A DNA stretch of 32,000 bases from contig CANRKG010000003.1 in the NCBI GenBank assembly GCA_947631155.1, forward strand, positions 1-32,000, in the 5' to 3' direction. The notes beneath the pieces were generated by a model. The model did no database searches. It was not told where the DNA came from and saw only the letters and a program-made list of their open reading frames with translations. The translations under genes and the position numbers were made by a program. Below, piece by piece: positions 8,467 to 16,872 of this stretch. Numbering within the stretch: the stretch's first letter is position 1; each line of letters opens with the position of its first letter. The stretch is from an uncultured Bacilli bacterium. GTDB taxonomy: Bacteria; Bacillota_I; Bacilli_A; RF39; UBA660.

Positions 8467-8592
8467 TATGAAATATAATGTTATTGATTTAATAGAACCA
8501 ACTCTAACCGATGAAGAATTAAAAAATATTATTAATAAAAAATTATTTAATTTTATTATGTTTATGGAAATGAGTTTAAATAATAGTGGATA
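8467..8592 (+). CDS. Small ORF (41 aa) immediately upstream of the recombinase
   Basis: AAGGAGG lies 7 nt before the ATG. The product is MKYNVIDLIEPTLTDEELKNIINKKLFNFIMFMEMSLNNSG. This ORF is not in the supplied track because it is too short. Confidence 0.4.
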
Positions 8593-8664
8593 GATGCTAT
8601 AATTATATCGGTTATAAGTTTAACTTAATTAATAATTATTGCCTTAAGAATGGAGGTAATAGTT

Positions 8665-10272
8665 ATGAATGAAATGGAGAGTGAAAGTAAACTATTAAGA
8701 GTTGGTAATTATTATCGACTATCAGATGAAGATAGAGATAAACAAAACAAGTTAGATGATAGCGAAAGTATTAAAAATCAAAAACATTTATTATTAGATG
8801 AAATAGCAAAGCATCCAAATTATGTATTAGTAGATGAATATTGTGATGAAGATTTATCAGGAGCTGGAACTTATAGACCTGAATTTGAAAGACTAATAAG
8901 AGATTGTGAACTTGGTAAAATTGATATTGTATTATGTAAGAGTCAATCAAGATTTTCAAGAGATATGGAAATTATAGAAAAATACTTACATAATAAATTT
9001 ATTGAATGGAATGTAAGATTTATAAGTTTATCAGATAATGCTGATACCTCTAATCCAGGTAATAAAAAATCTAGACAAATAAATGGTTTAGTAAATGAAT
9101 GGTATTTGGAAGATGTTTCAAATAATATAAGAAGTGCTTTTCATTCAAAAATGAAACAAGGCGAATTTATATCTCCCTTTGCTTCCTATGGTTATGAAGT
9201 GTCTGAATATGATAACAATAAATTAGTTATTGATCCTGTAGCTAGTGAAGTTGTAAAAGATATCTTTGATTTATATTTAAGTGGTCTTGGTTTTACAGGA
9301 ATAGCTAAACATTTAAATAGTAAAAATATACCTTGCCCATCACTTTATAAATATCAAAAGGGAATTAAATTAAATGTAATTAGCAATAGACCTAGAGAGC
9401 AAATAAAATGGAGTGCAAATGCTATTAAAACAATTTTAACAAATGAATTATATTTAGGTCATTTAATACAAGGTAAAAGAACAACAGTTAGTTATAAAAA
9501 TCATAAAATTATAAGTAAAGATAAAAGTCTATGGATTAAAAAAGAAAATATGCACGAAGCTATTATTGATGAAGAAACCTTTAATAAAGTTCAAATGGAA
9601 ATGAAAGAAAGAACTAAACCTATCAAAAAGACAGGTATGGTTCATATCTTTTCAGGTAAAGTATTTTGTTTAGAATGTAATCATTATTTAAGAAAAAAGA
9701 ATTCACCAAGACACGAATATTTAGTTTGTTCTAATAATCGTGATGGCTACGATGATTGTATCAATAAAGCATCTATGAGATATGATACTTTAGAAGATAT
9801 TGTTTTAAATGCTATTAATGAAAAAATTAAAAAGTTCTATGATGAAGAGATTTTAAGGCAAGAAGAAAGTAATAAGAATATATCTCGTTTTGCTGATAAA
9901 ATAAAATCTTTAGAAAAAGAAAAGCTAGAGCTTGAAAGTAATTTATCTAAAAATAAAAATTATCTAAAAAGTCTTTATGAAGATAAAGTAAATGGATTAA
10001 TTAATTCTGAACAATTTAAAGATTTATTGGATGACTATAATAAGAATGAAGATATTTACAAAAAACAAATAATACAAATAAATAATGATATTAATTTTTA
10101 CACTTTAAAACAAGAATCATCTTTAAATAATAATAAATTATTTAGTAAATATAAAACTCTTAATAAATTAAATCGTGTTATTGTTGATGAATTTATAGAT
10201 AAAATTTATATCGGAAAAATAAATAAAGAAACTAATACAAGAAATATCCAAATAAAATGGAATTTTGAATAA
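8665..10272 (+). CDS. Large serine recombinase (element 1 integrase)
   Basis: An N-terminal resolvase-type catalytic domain (YYRLSDED Ser, SQSRFSRD) is followed by a recombinase domain, a Cys-rich zinc-ribbon region (CLECNH...C..NRDGYDDC) and a coiled-coil tail. I prefer the ATG at 8665 (GGAGG at 8652..8656, 8 nt spacing) over the track start at 8650. Confidence 0.9.
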   Translation: MNEMESESKLLRVGNYYRLSDEDRDKQNKLDDSESIKNQKHLLLDEIAKHPNYVLVDEYCDEDLSGAGTYRPEFERLIRDCELGKIDIVLCKSQSRFSRDMEIIEKYLHNKFIEWNVRFISLSDNADTSNPGNKKSRQINGLVNEWYLEDVSNNIRSAFHSKMKQGEFISPFASYGYEVSEYDNNKLVIDPVASEVVKDIFDLYLSGLGFTGIAKHLNSKNIPCPSLYKYQKGIKLNVISNRPREQIKWSANAIKTILTNELYLGHLIQGKRTTVSYKNHKIISKDKSLWIKKENMHEAIIDEETFNKVQMEMKERTKPIKKTGMVHIFSGKVFCLECNHYLRKKNSPRHEYLVCSNNRDGYDDCINKASMRYDTLEDIVLNAINEKIKKFYDEEILRQEESNKNISRFADKIKSLEKEKLELESNLSKNKNYLKSLYEDKVNGLINSEQFKDLLDDYNKNEDIYKKQIIQINNDINFYTLKQESSLNNNKLFSKYKTLNKLNRVIVDEFIDKIYIGKINKETNTRNIQIKWNFE

Positions 10273-10284
10273 AAATAGTTATAA

Positions 10285-10314
10285 GTGTCTTTAAAACATT
10301 CATCCAACTCTTTG
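10285..10314. repeat. Right junction (attR-like) of element 1
   Basis: GTGTCTTTAAAACATTC (10285..10301) is the inverted partner of 4395..4411. CAACTCTTTG (10305..10314) is the direct repeat of 4386..4395. Confidence 0.8.
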
Positions 10315-10722
10315 TCTCATACCTCCAGATAGACTAGCTGGATATTTATCTTTAAATTCATATAATCCATAAGTTTTTAGTAAATCTAATACATATTGTT
10401 TACTTTCATCATTTAATTTCTTAGTTACTTCTAAACCAATTAAACAATTATCTAAAATAGTTCTCCAAAAGAATAGGGAATCTTGTTGTAACATATAACC
10501 GATAGTAATATTTTCTTTTAAGTGGAACATTCCCCCAGATTTTTTTTCTAACATAGAAAGAATGGAAAGTATTGTTGACTTTCCACATCCACTGGGTCCT
10601 ACTATTGAAATAAATTCTTTATCATAAACATCAAATGTTATATCTTCTAAAGCTTTAATTTCACTTTTTTTATCATGGTAGCTTTTTTTCAAATGCTGAA
10701 TACTTAAAATTTTATTTTTCAT
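10305..10722 (-). pseudogene. ABC transporter ATP-binding protein, N-terminal fragment
   Basis: It has Walker A GPSGCGKST, a Q-loop region and the signature LSGGMRQRV, then runs into element DNA (G, stop). It continues at 4395 as QRVALIRTLA. Confidence 0.9.
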
Positions 10723-11116
10723 TATAGATCAACTTACTATAATCAACTTTTTTAGTTAAGTCACCACTATCAATCATTATATCTTGTAAATGATTAAATG
10801 ATTCTTCACTGAATTTTGTTGTATCAGGCCAAGTATCATTTTCTCTATATCTTTTAACTGCACTAGTTAAATCATTTAAAGATGTATCTGGAAATTGTTT
10901 TAAAATAGTTTTTGCTACTTCTTTATCAGAATGATTTTTTACATAATCTAGTCCTTTTTGGATAGCTTTTTCGAAATTAGTTATTAATTCTTTATGATTG
11001 TCTAAATAACTAATTCTTGCTGAATATGATGTATATGGAACTACACCACCTAGTTGTCCAACACTAGCGACAACATGACCATAACCTTGTTGTTCTACTT
11101 CTGTAGCATTAGGTTC
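10712..11116 (-). pseudogene. ABC substrate-binding protein (NMT1/THI5-SsuA-like), C-terminal fragment
   Basis: An unlisted minus-strand frame encodes EPNATEVEQQGYGHVVASVGQLGGVVPYTSYSARISYLDNHKELITNFEKAIQKGLDYV...DYSKLIYNEK*. It has no start codon, and its stop overlaps the ATPase ATG. The N-terminal half is at 21237..21833. Confidence 0.8.
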
Positions 11117-11247
11117 TCTTAATGCAACAATAAGAAGTCACTAATATTATTAGGTTTATAAAAATGTCTAAAAATGTATACAACAGATAAAAAACATATT
11201 ATAACTTCAAAAAATTTGTTAAAATTATAATTAGGAGGCGATAGATA

Positions 11248-12003
11248 ATGTTTATGGGCGATGAACCAATTCATATTAATGCAAAACCAGGTGATATAGC
11301 TCCACTTGTATTAATGCCAGGAGATCCATTAAGAGCTAAATATATTGCGGAAACATTTTTACACGATACTATAGTTGAAGATTTTTCAATAGATAATAAA
11401 AATGTTGCAAATTTAAGAAATATGTTAGGGTACACAGGTTTTTATAAAGGAGTAAGAGTAACTGTTATGGCATCAGGAATGGGAATGCCAAGTATGGGAA
11501 TTTATGCTTTTGAGTTATTTCATTACTTCAATGTTGAAAAAATAATAAGAATAGGAACATGTGGCTCATTAAAACCAACTGTAAAAGTACCTGATCTTAT
11601 TTTAGCAAATAGTTCTTACTCAGAATCAAATTTTGCTTATACTTTTAACGATTATAAAGAACATATTACTTATCCTTCAAATTCTTTAAATAATACTATT
11701 ATAGAAACAGCTGAAGAATTAAACTATAAACTTCATGTTGGAGATATAACTACTATGGATGTATTTGGTCCATATATTGACTATGATAGAGTGTTAGCTA
11801 GAGTACCTAAAGATTTAGATATAGTAGCAGAAGAAATGGAAGCTTTTGGTTTATTTCATATAGCAAATCATTTTGAAAAAGAAGCTGCTTGTATTTTAAC
11901 AGCGGTAGATTCAAAATATAGTAAGATTGTTTTAAGTGGCGAAGAAAGAGAAAAAAGTTTAAATAGTATGATTACTCTGGCATTAGAATCCATTATAAAA
12001 TAG
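11248..12003 (+). CDS. deoD: Purine nucleoside phosphorylase, DeoD type
   Basis: HINAKPGDIAPLVLMPGDPLRAKYIAETFL, GYTGFYKG, IRIGTCG and EMEA are all colinear with E. coli DeoD as I recall it. AGGAGG RBS upstream. Confidence 0.85.
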   Translation: MFMGDEPIHINAKPGDIAPLVLMPGDPLRAKYIAETFLHDTIVEDFSIDNKNVANLRNMLGYTGFYKGVRVTVMASGMGMPSMGIYAFELFHYFNVEKIIRIGTCGSLKPTVKVPDLILANSSYSESNFAYTFNDYKEHITYPSNSLNNTIIETAEELNYKLHVGDITTMDVFGPYIDYDRVLARVPKDLDIVAEEMEAFGLFHIANHFEKEAACILTAVDSKYSKIVLSGEEREKSLNSMITLALESIIK

Positions 12004-12008
12004 TTTAT

Positions 12009-12033
12009 AAAACAAGCTGTTAAGCTTGTTTTT
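12009..12033 (+). terminator. Intrinsic terminator after deoD
   Basis: AAAACAAGCT / GTTA / AGCTTGTTTT forms a perfect 10-bp stem followed by a T run. Confidence 0.8.
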
Positions 12034-12103
12034 AAATACAAAGTTATTTTTTATTTAGTGTTATTTTATTTTAGATTTCATAATGTTAATTAAAGGAGAC
12101 TTC

Positions 12104-12280
12104 ATGATGAAAAATATTATGAAAGAGGAAAATATAAAATTTAATGATACAGAAATAGTATTAGAAGTAGCTCTTTTTTTAAACAAACAACTATTTGATG
12201 AACAAAAAATATCATATAAAATGTTCAAATATACAGAAGAACATATCTTAAAAGAATTCAATAACATTAGGAGTATATAA
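12104..12280 (+). CDS. Small ORF (58 aa) that precedes recombinase genes of this type
   Basis: AGGAG lies 5 nt before the ATG at 12104 (the track start at 12083 lies upstream of that RBS). The product is MMKNIMKEENIKFNDTEIVLEVALFLNKQLFDEQKISYKMFKYTEEHILKEFNNIRSI. A frameshifted homolog lies at 13411..13570, directly upstream of the intact recombinase. Confidence 0.45.
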   Translation: MMKNIMKEENIKFNDTEIVLEVALFLNKQLFDEQKISYKMFKYTEEHILKEFNNIRSI

Positions 12281-12431
12281 AGAAAAATCATTAGTGGACT
12301 TATATAACAGAATATGTAGATGATGGAATAACTGGTACTAGTGATGTAAAAAGAGATAATTTTATGAAGATGATTCTAGTTATATGACAGGTCAAGTTAT
12401 TCACAATAATGGTTGGGAAGTAATGGGATAA
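12269..12431 (+). pseudogene. Fossil recombinase-SDR fusion remnant (two internal deletions)
   Basis: 12274..12375 matches recombinase 13720..13821 (GTATATAAAGAAAAATC...TGGACTTATATAACAG.ATATGTAGATGATGGAATAACTGGTACTAGTGATGTAAAAAGAGATAATTTTATGAAGATGATT). 12376..12431 matches the SDR 3' end at 16217..16272 (CTAGTTATATGACAGGTCA.GTTAT.CACAATAATGGT.G.GAAGTAATGGGATAA). Confidence 0.85.
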
Positions 12432-12556
12432 TATTGTTCGAATAATTTCTATAAAAATCGTGATTAATAAATTATATTTGTAAAGCATAAATTTGACAAA
12501 AAAAAATTAAATAGTATAATACAGTTAAATATTATTAAAGGGAGGCTTTAAGTTTT

Positions 12557-13261
12557 ATGGAAAAACAAACACTTGATGTTATGGCGGACAAATTATCAGA
12601 AAGAATGAAAGGCATTAATGATTGGATAAGAAGTAATCCAAATACAGATCCTAATTTTTATGAAATAATGGATTGTGAAGTAGAATTAGGAAAGTTATTA
12701 TCATACAAGAATCAGTATTATCAGGAAAATGGTTATCCAGAAAAGAAAAATGATAATGGCACAAACTCTTTATATACACATCATGAAATTTTTAAGTTTG
12801 ATGAACATGTAAAAAAAGCACATGATGAATTAAAGGAAATGATTAATTTAAGAGGTTCAGGAATAGCGAAAGTATTACAAGATATTCCTGAACTATATAA
12901 TATGTGGCAAGAAATAGGTTATCGTACTGGAATAGCAGAATATCATGATCCAAAAGGCGATATGTCTGAAATAAAAAAGAAAATTCTTTGTAAGAGTGTA
13001 AGTATTCCATTTTATATTTGGCAAGAAAGAAGAACAAACCCTGACTTCCAATATGATAATACAGTTGAATATGATGAGTTAAAAGAAATGTATGATTTGT
13101 ATAGTGCACAAGTAGGAAAACAAACAATAAATGAACATAAAGACGGAAGTTTTTATGAAGGACCGCAATTTGGTGAAGAAATTGAAAATTTAATTGGCTT
13201 TATTGAAAAATCTTATAAATATAGTACACAATATGGTAACGATGGAGCAAAGGCAAGATAA
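12557..13261 (+). CDS. Hypothetical protein (234 aa)
   Basis: A long ORF with GGGAGG RBS. I recognise no motif. The protein is soluble and rich in aromatic and acidic residues. Confidence 0.6.
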   Translation: MEKQTLDVMADKLSERMKGINDWIRSNPNTDPNFYEIMDCEVELGKLLSYKNQYYQENGYPEKKNDNGTNSLYTHHEIFKFDEHVKKAHDELKEMINLRGSGIAKVLQDIPELYNMWQEIGYRTGIAEYHDPKGDMSEIKKKILCKSVSIPFYIWQERRTNPDFQYDNTVEYDELKEMYDLYSAQVGKQTINEHKDGSFYEGPQFGEEIENLIGFIEKSYKYSTQYGNDGAKAR

Positions 13262-13283
13262 TCTTAAATAATATAAATTAAAT

Positions 13284-13327
13284 GAGTTCTAATGAAGTGA
13301 AAAAATTTCATTAGACTCTTTTTTTTA
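13284..13327 (+). terminator. Intrinsic terminator
   Basis: GAGTTCTAATGAA ... TTCATTAGACTC forms a stem (one bulged T) followed by T8. Confidence 0.7.
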
Positions 13328-13410
13328 GAAAAATGTTTGCAAAGTTAAATTTTTTCTTAAAGTATTATTTTATTACTTGTTTCATAACTTAAAATAGAGG
13401 AGAATTTACA

Positions 13411-13570
13411 TGAATTTTAATGATTTTACTAAAATTGCAGAAGTAAAGTAGTATTAGAAGTAGCTCTTTTTTTAATAAACAACTATTTTATGACCAAAAA
13501 ATATAATAAAAATGTTCAAATATACAGAAGAACATATCTTAAAAGAATTACATAACATTAGGAGGATATA
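13411..13570 (+). pseudogene. Frameshifted copy of the small pre-recombinase ORF
   Basis: It is homologous to 12140..12280 but stops after 13 codons (ATGAATTTTAATGATTTTACTAAAATTGCAGAAGTAAAGTAG) and has further frame breaks. Its 3' end (...ATCTTAAAAGAATTACATAACATTAGGAGGATATAA) supplies the recombinase RBS. Confidence 0.6.
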
Positions 13571-13572
13571 AT

Positions 13573-15276
13573 TTGGATTTATATGATGTTAGAAAAAAAC
13601 TTAATATGGGAATATCACTTACTAATATAAAACTTAAAGTTACTGATTATGCCAGAGTATCAACTGATTCTCATGAGCAAAAAAAATCTCTTCAAAATCA
13701 AGTAGAACATTTTGAGGAGTATATAAAGAAAAATCCCCAGTGGACTTATATAACAGGATATGTAGATGATGGAATAACTGGTACTAGTGATGTAAAAAGA
13801 GATAATTTTATGAAGATGATTGAAGATGCTAGACAGGGTAATTTTGATTTAATTATTACAAAAGAAATTTCTAGATTTTCTAGAAATACTCTTGATAGTA
13901 TTAAATATACTAGAGAACTTTTATCATATGGAGTAGCTGTGTTATTTGTAAATGACAATATAAATACAGCTATGCCTGATTCTGAACTTCGACTTACTAT
14001 AATGGCGTCCATGGCTCAAGATGAGATTAGACGTTTATCAGAACGTGTTAGATTTGGAATGAATAGAGCTATAGAACGTAGAGAAATACTTGGAAACAAT
14101 TTACTTTATGGTTATAAAAAAGATAAGAATACAGGTATATTGAATATTATTCCTGATGAAGCTAGTTTAATTAAGCAAATATATGAATACTATGCCATAG
14201 AAGAATTATCTCTTTCTAAAATTGTGAAAATTTTAAATAGTGAAAACAAAAAAAATCATCAAGGTCATAAGTGGTATATTTCAACAATTTCTAGAATGAT
14301 TGAAAATCCTAAGTATAAAGGTTACTATTGTGCAAGAAAGTCGGAAGTAGTAGATTATATGACTAAGAAAATAAAATATTTTGAAAAGGATCGTTGGATT
14401 ATCCAAGAAGATAAAGCTAAAATTCCCCCACTAGTTTCAGAAGATTTATGGGAAAGAGCTAATAAACGGTTAATTTCAAGAAAAAAAGCGTTTAAGTGTC
14501 GAAATCAAGATAAAGAAATTTATACAAATAGATATTTATATAGTGCTAAAATTTATTGTAAAGATCATAATACAGCTTTTTATAGAAGAAAGTTTAGAAA
14601 AAGTAGCGATGATATAACATGGGTTTGTGCAGAATATCTCAAAAATGGGAAAAATGCTTGTGATTCACCTAATATTAGAGAATCAGAATTAGATTATATT
14701 TTTAAAGATTTAATAGAAAAATTACCAATTAATTTTGATGAAATTATTGATGTTCTTATGAAGTGTTATAAATGCGTAGAAATAGATAAGGAACTTAAGG
14801 AAGAAATTGTTACCAGAAAAAAAGAGTTAGACAAACTTTATATAAAAAAAGATAAAATATTAGAACTTAATATTCAAGGTAGTTTATCTAATGATGAGTT
14901 TATGATAAAAAATAATACGTTTAATGACAATATAAATAAACTTACTAAAGAGATTAATGAACTTAAAAATTCACAGGAAAAGATAGACAAAGTAGACAAT
15001 ATAACTAAAGAGTTTGCAACTATTGTAAAGTTAAAAGTTAATTCGCAATCTACAATAAATAAAATAATTAGTTTGATACTTAAGTATATGAAAGTTTCGA
15101 AGATTAATAATGATAAGAATAGAGTAAGATTAGATATCTTTTTATCTTATGGAGAAAGTTATAAAAAGCCATTATTAGGTTCTTATTTAAAAAATATTTA
15201 TGAGTTTAAAAGAGGATATGATACTAAAGGTACAAAAAGATATACAGTTTACTACCAGGTTAATTGTTATTTATAA
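13573..15276 (+). CDS. Large serine recombinase (element 2)
   Basis: A 567-aa ORF with the catalytic YARVSTD, ISRFSRN and MAQDEIRRLSERV motifs, followed by a recombinase domain, a Cys-rich region (CKDH...C..YLKNGKNAC) and a coiled-coil tail. It has a TTG start with GGAGG 7 nt upstream. Confidence 0.9.
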   Translation: MDLYDVRKKLNMGISLTNIKLKVTDYARVSTDSHEQKKSLQNQVEHFEEYIKKNPQWTYITGYVDDGITGTSDVKRDNFMKMIEDARQGNFDLIITKEISRFSRNTLDSIKYTRELLSYGVAVLFVNDNINTAMPDSELRLTIMASMAQDEIRRLSERVRFGMNRAIERREILGNNLLYGYKKDKNTGILNIIPDEASLIKQIYEYYAIEELSLSKIVKILNSENKKNHQGHKWYISTISRMIENPKYKGYYCARKSEVVDYMTKKIKYFEKDRWIIQEDKAKIPPLVSEDLWERANKRLISRKKAFKCRNQDKEIYTNRYLYSAKIYCKDHNTAFYRRKFRKSSDDITWVCAEYLKNGKNACDSPNIRESELDYIFKDLIEKLPINFDEIIDVLMKCYKCVEIDKELKEEIVTRKKELDKLYIKKDKILELNIQGSLSNDEFMIKNNTFNDNINKLTKEINELKNSQEKIDKVDNITKEFATIVKLKVNSQSTINKIISLILKYMKVSKINNDKNRVRLDIFLSYGESYKKPLLGSYLKNIYEFKRGYDTKGTKRYTVYYQVNCYL

Positions 15277-15351
15277 TTGATTAAAATTTAGTCTAAATGT
15301 TCCCATTTTTAAGTCTTCTCATATACTATATTTAGTTGAGGAGGAAAAATA

Positions 15352-16272
15352 ATGAATTTTGATTATCAATATGGAAATCAATATTATCGATACTTTTATC
15401 CAAATGGACTTAGAAGTACAGAATATAAGATTCTAGCGCCAGAACAATCTCAAAATACTCAACCAGGTATGGAATATTTAATGAACCCTTTACCTATTTT
15501 TGATAATCCTAATTATGTTGGAAGTGGAAAACTTAAAAATAAGGTAGCAATTATTACAGGAGGAGATAGTGGTTTAGGTAGAGCTGCCGCTGTTGCTTTT
15601 GCTAAAGAAGGAGCTAAGCTTGTAATCCCATATTATAATGAACATAGGGATGCTCAATATACTAAACAGTATATTGAGAAACTTGGTGGAGAATGTATTA
15701 TAATGTCAGGGGATATTTCGGATAAGAAATTTTGTAAACAAATTGTTGATACTACTTTAAATACTTTTGGAAAAATAGATATTTTAGTAAATAATGCTGG
15801 AGTACAATATCAGCAAGATGAACTTGCATCCATTAGTGATGAACAATTTGATTGGACGATGAAAGTCAATGTTTATGGAATGTTTTATTTAACTAAAGCA
15901 GCGTTACCATATTTAAAATCAGGGGCATCAATTATTAATTTGAGTTCAGTAACAGCCTTCTATGGTGATCCACAATTAATAGATTATGTTACAACAAAAG
16001 GTGCTATTGTGGGCTTTACTAGAGCTTTGGCCAGAAATTTAGCTTTAAAAAATATTCGTGTAAATGCTATAGCTCCAGGCTTTTTCTGGACACCTTTACA
16101 ACCAGCTTGTTGGGTAAAAGAAAAGATTCCTTCATTGGGATCAAATGCTGCGATGGCAAGAGGTGCTATGCCATATGAATTAGCTCCAACATTTGTGTTT
16201 TTAGCATCAGATGATTCTAGTTATATGACAGGTCAGGTTATACACAATAATGGTGGAGAAGTAATGGGATAA
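15352..16272 (+). CDS. Short-chain dehydrogenase/reductase (YhxC/YdaD/YghA-like general-stress SDR)
   Basis: It has the TGGDSGLGRA cofactor motif, NNAG, S...Y...K (YVTTKGAIVGFTR) and the pre-Rossmann PGME..M.P.P segment typical of this SDR subgroup. Confidence 0.8.
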   Translation: MNFDYQYGNQYYRYFYPNGLRSTEYKILAPEQSQNTQPGMEYLMNPLPIFDNPNYVGSGKLKNKVAIITGGDSGLGRAAAVAFAKEGAKLVIPYYNEHRDAQYTKQYIEKLGGECIIMSGDISDKKFCKQIVDTTLNTFGKIDILVNNAGVQYQQDELASISDEQFDWTMKVNVYGMFYLTKAALPYLKSGASIINLSSVTAFYGDPQLIDYVTTKGAIVGFTRALARNLALKNIRVNAIAPGFFWTPLQPACWVKEKIPSLGSNAAMARGAMPYELAPTFVFLASDDSSYMTGQVIHNNGGEVMG

Positions 16273-16323
16273 TATAAAAAGAGACTAATACATAGTTTCT
16301 TTTTCTTTAATGATACAAATTTA

Positions 16324-16872
16324 CTACAAAAATAATCGTTTAAACATTAATTTCATATAATTTATAATTTCATCAAGAGAATATGGAACTTCTTTTCGAT
16401 AATGTTTAATTATTAGATGCATACAACCATCTACAAAAAAAGGAATATGAAATTCTAGGTTGGTAATTTTTTTTTGTTTTAATAGGTTATATAAATTTTT
16501 CGAGATAATTTCACTAAAAGACTCTATAAAAAGAAGGGGATCTTTACTAGATAAAATCATTGTATAAATTTCTTCATTAGCTTCTAAATAGTTCTTAATC
16601 TCATCGAAATAAAGGTTTATATCCGCAATAGATTGTACCTTTTTCATGTTTTCAACAAAAATAGCAAGACTTTCTTCTTGAAATTCTTTGGCAATTTCAT
16701 AGATATTGTCATAATGTGTATAGAAGGCACTTCTTGTTATATCTGCCTTCATAACTAAATCTGTCACCGTCAATTTGTTCAAACTTTTCTTCTCCGAAAG
16801 AAGTTCTGCAAAAGCGTGTCTAATTTTTTCTTTAGTCTTTCTAGAAGAAGAATTTATCCCTTTTACTTTCAT
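16324..16872 (-). CDS. TetR/AcrR-family transcriptional regulator
   Basis: It has an N-terminal HTH (LTVTDLVMKADITRSAFYTHYDNIYE) and is divergent from the MMPL gene. I prefer the start at MKVKG (GGGAG 8 nt upstream) over the track start at 16887. Confidence 0.8.
   Translation of the reverse strand: MKVKGINSSSRKTKEKIRHAFAELLSEKKSLNKLTVTDLVMKADITRSAFYTHYDNIYEIAKEFQEESLAIFVENMKKVQSIADINLYFDEIKNYLEANEEIYTMILSSKDPLLFIESFSEIISKNLYNLLKQKKITNLEFHIPFFVDGCMHLIIKHYRKEVPYSLDEIINYMKLMFKRLFL

Larger units (their letters stand above)
4396..10304 (+). mobile_element. Integrated serine-recombinase element 1 (IME-like: FtsK-like ATPase + HUH Rep + large serine recombinase)
   Basis: It interrupts the ABC ATPase gene. 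It is flanked by a 10-bp direct repeat and terminal inverted repeats. All ORFs are co-oriented, and the recombinase is the last gene, 13 nt from the right inverted repeat. Confidence 0.85.
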
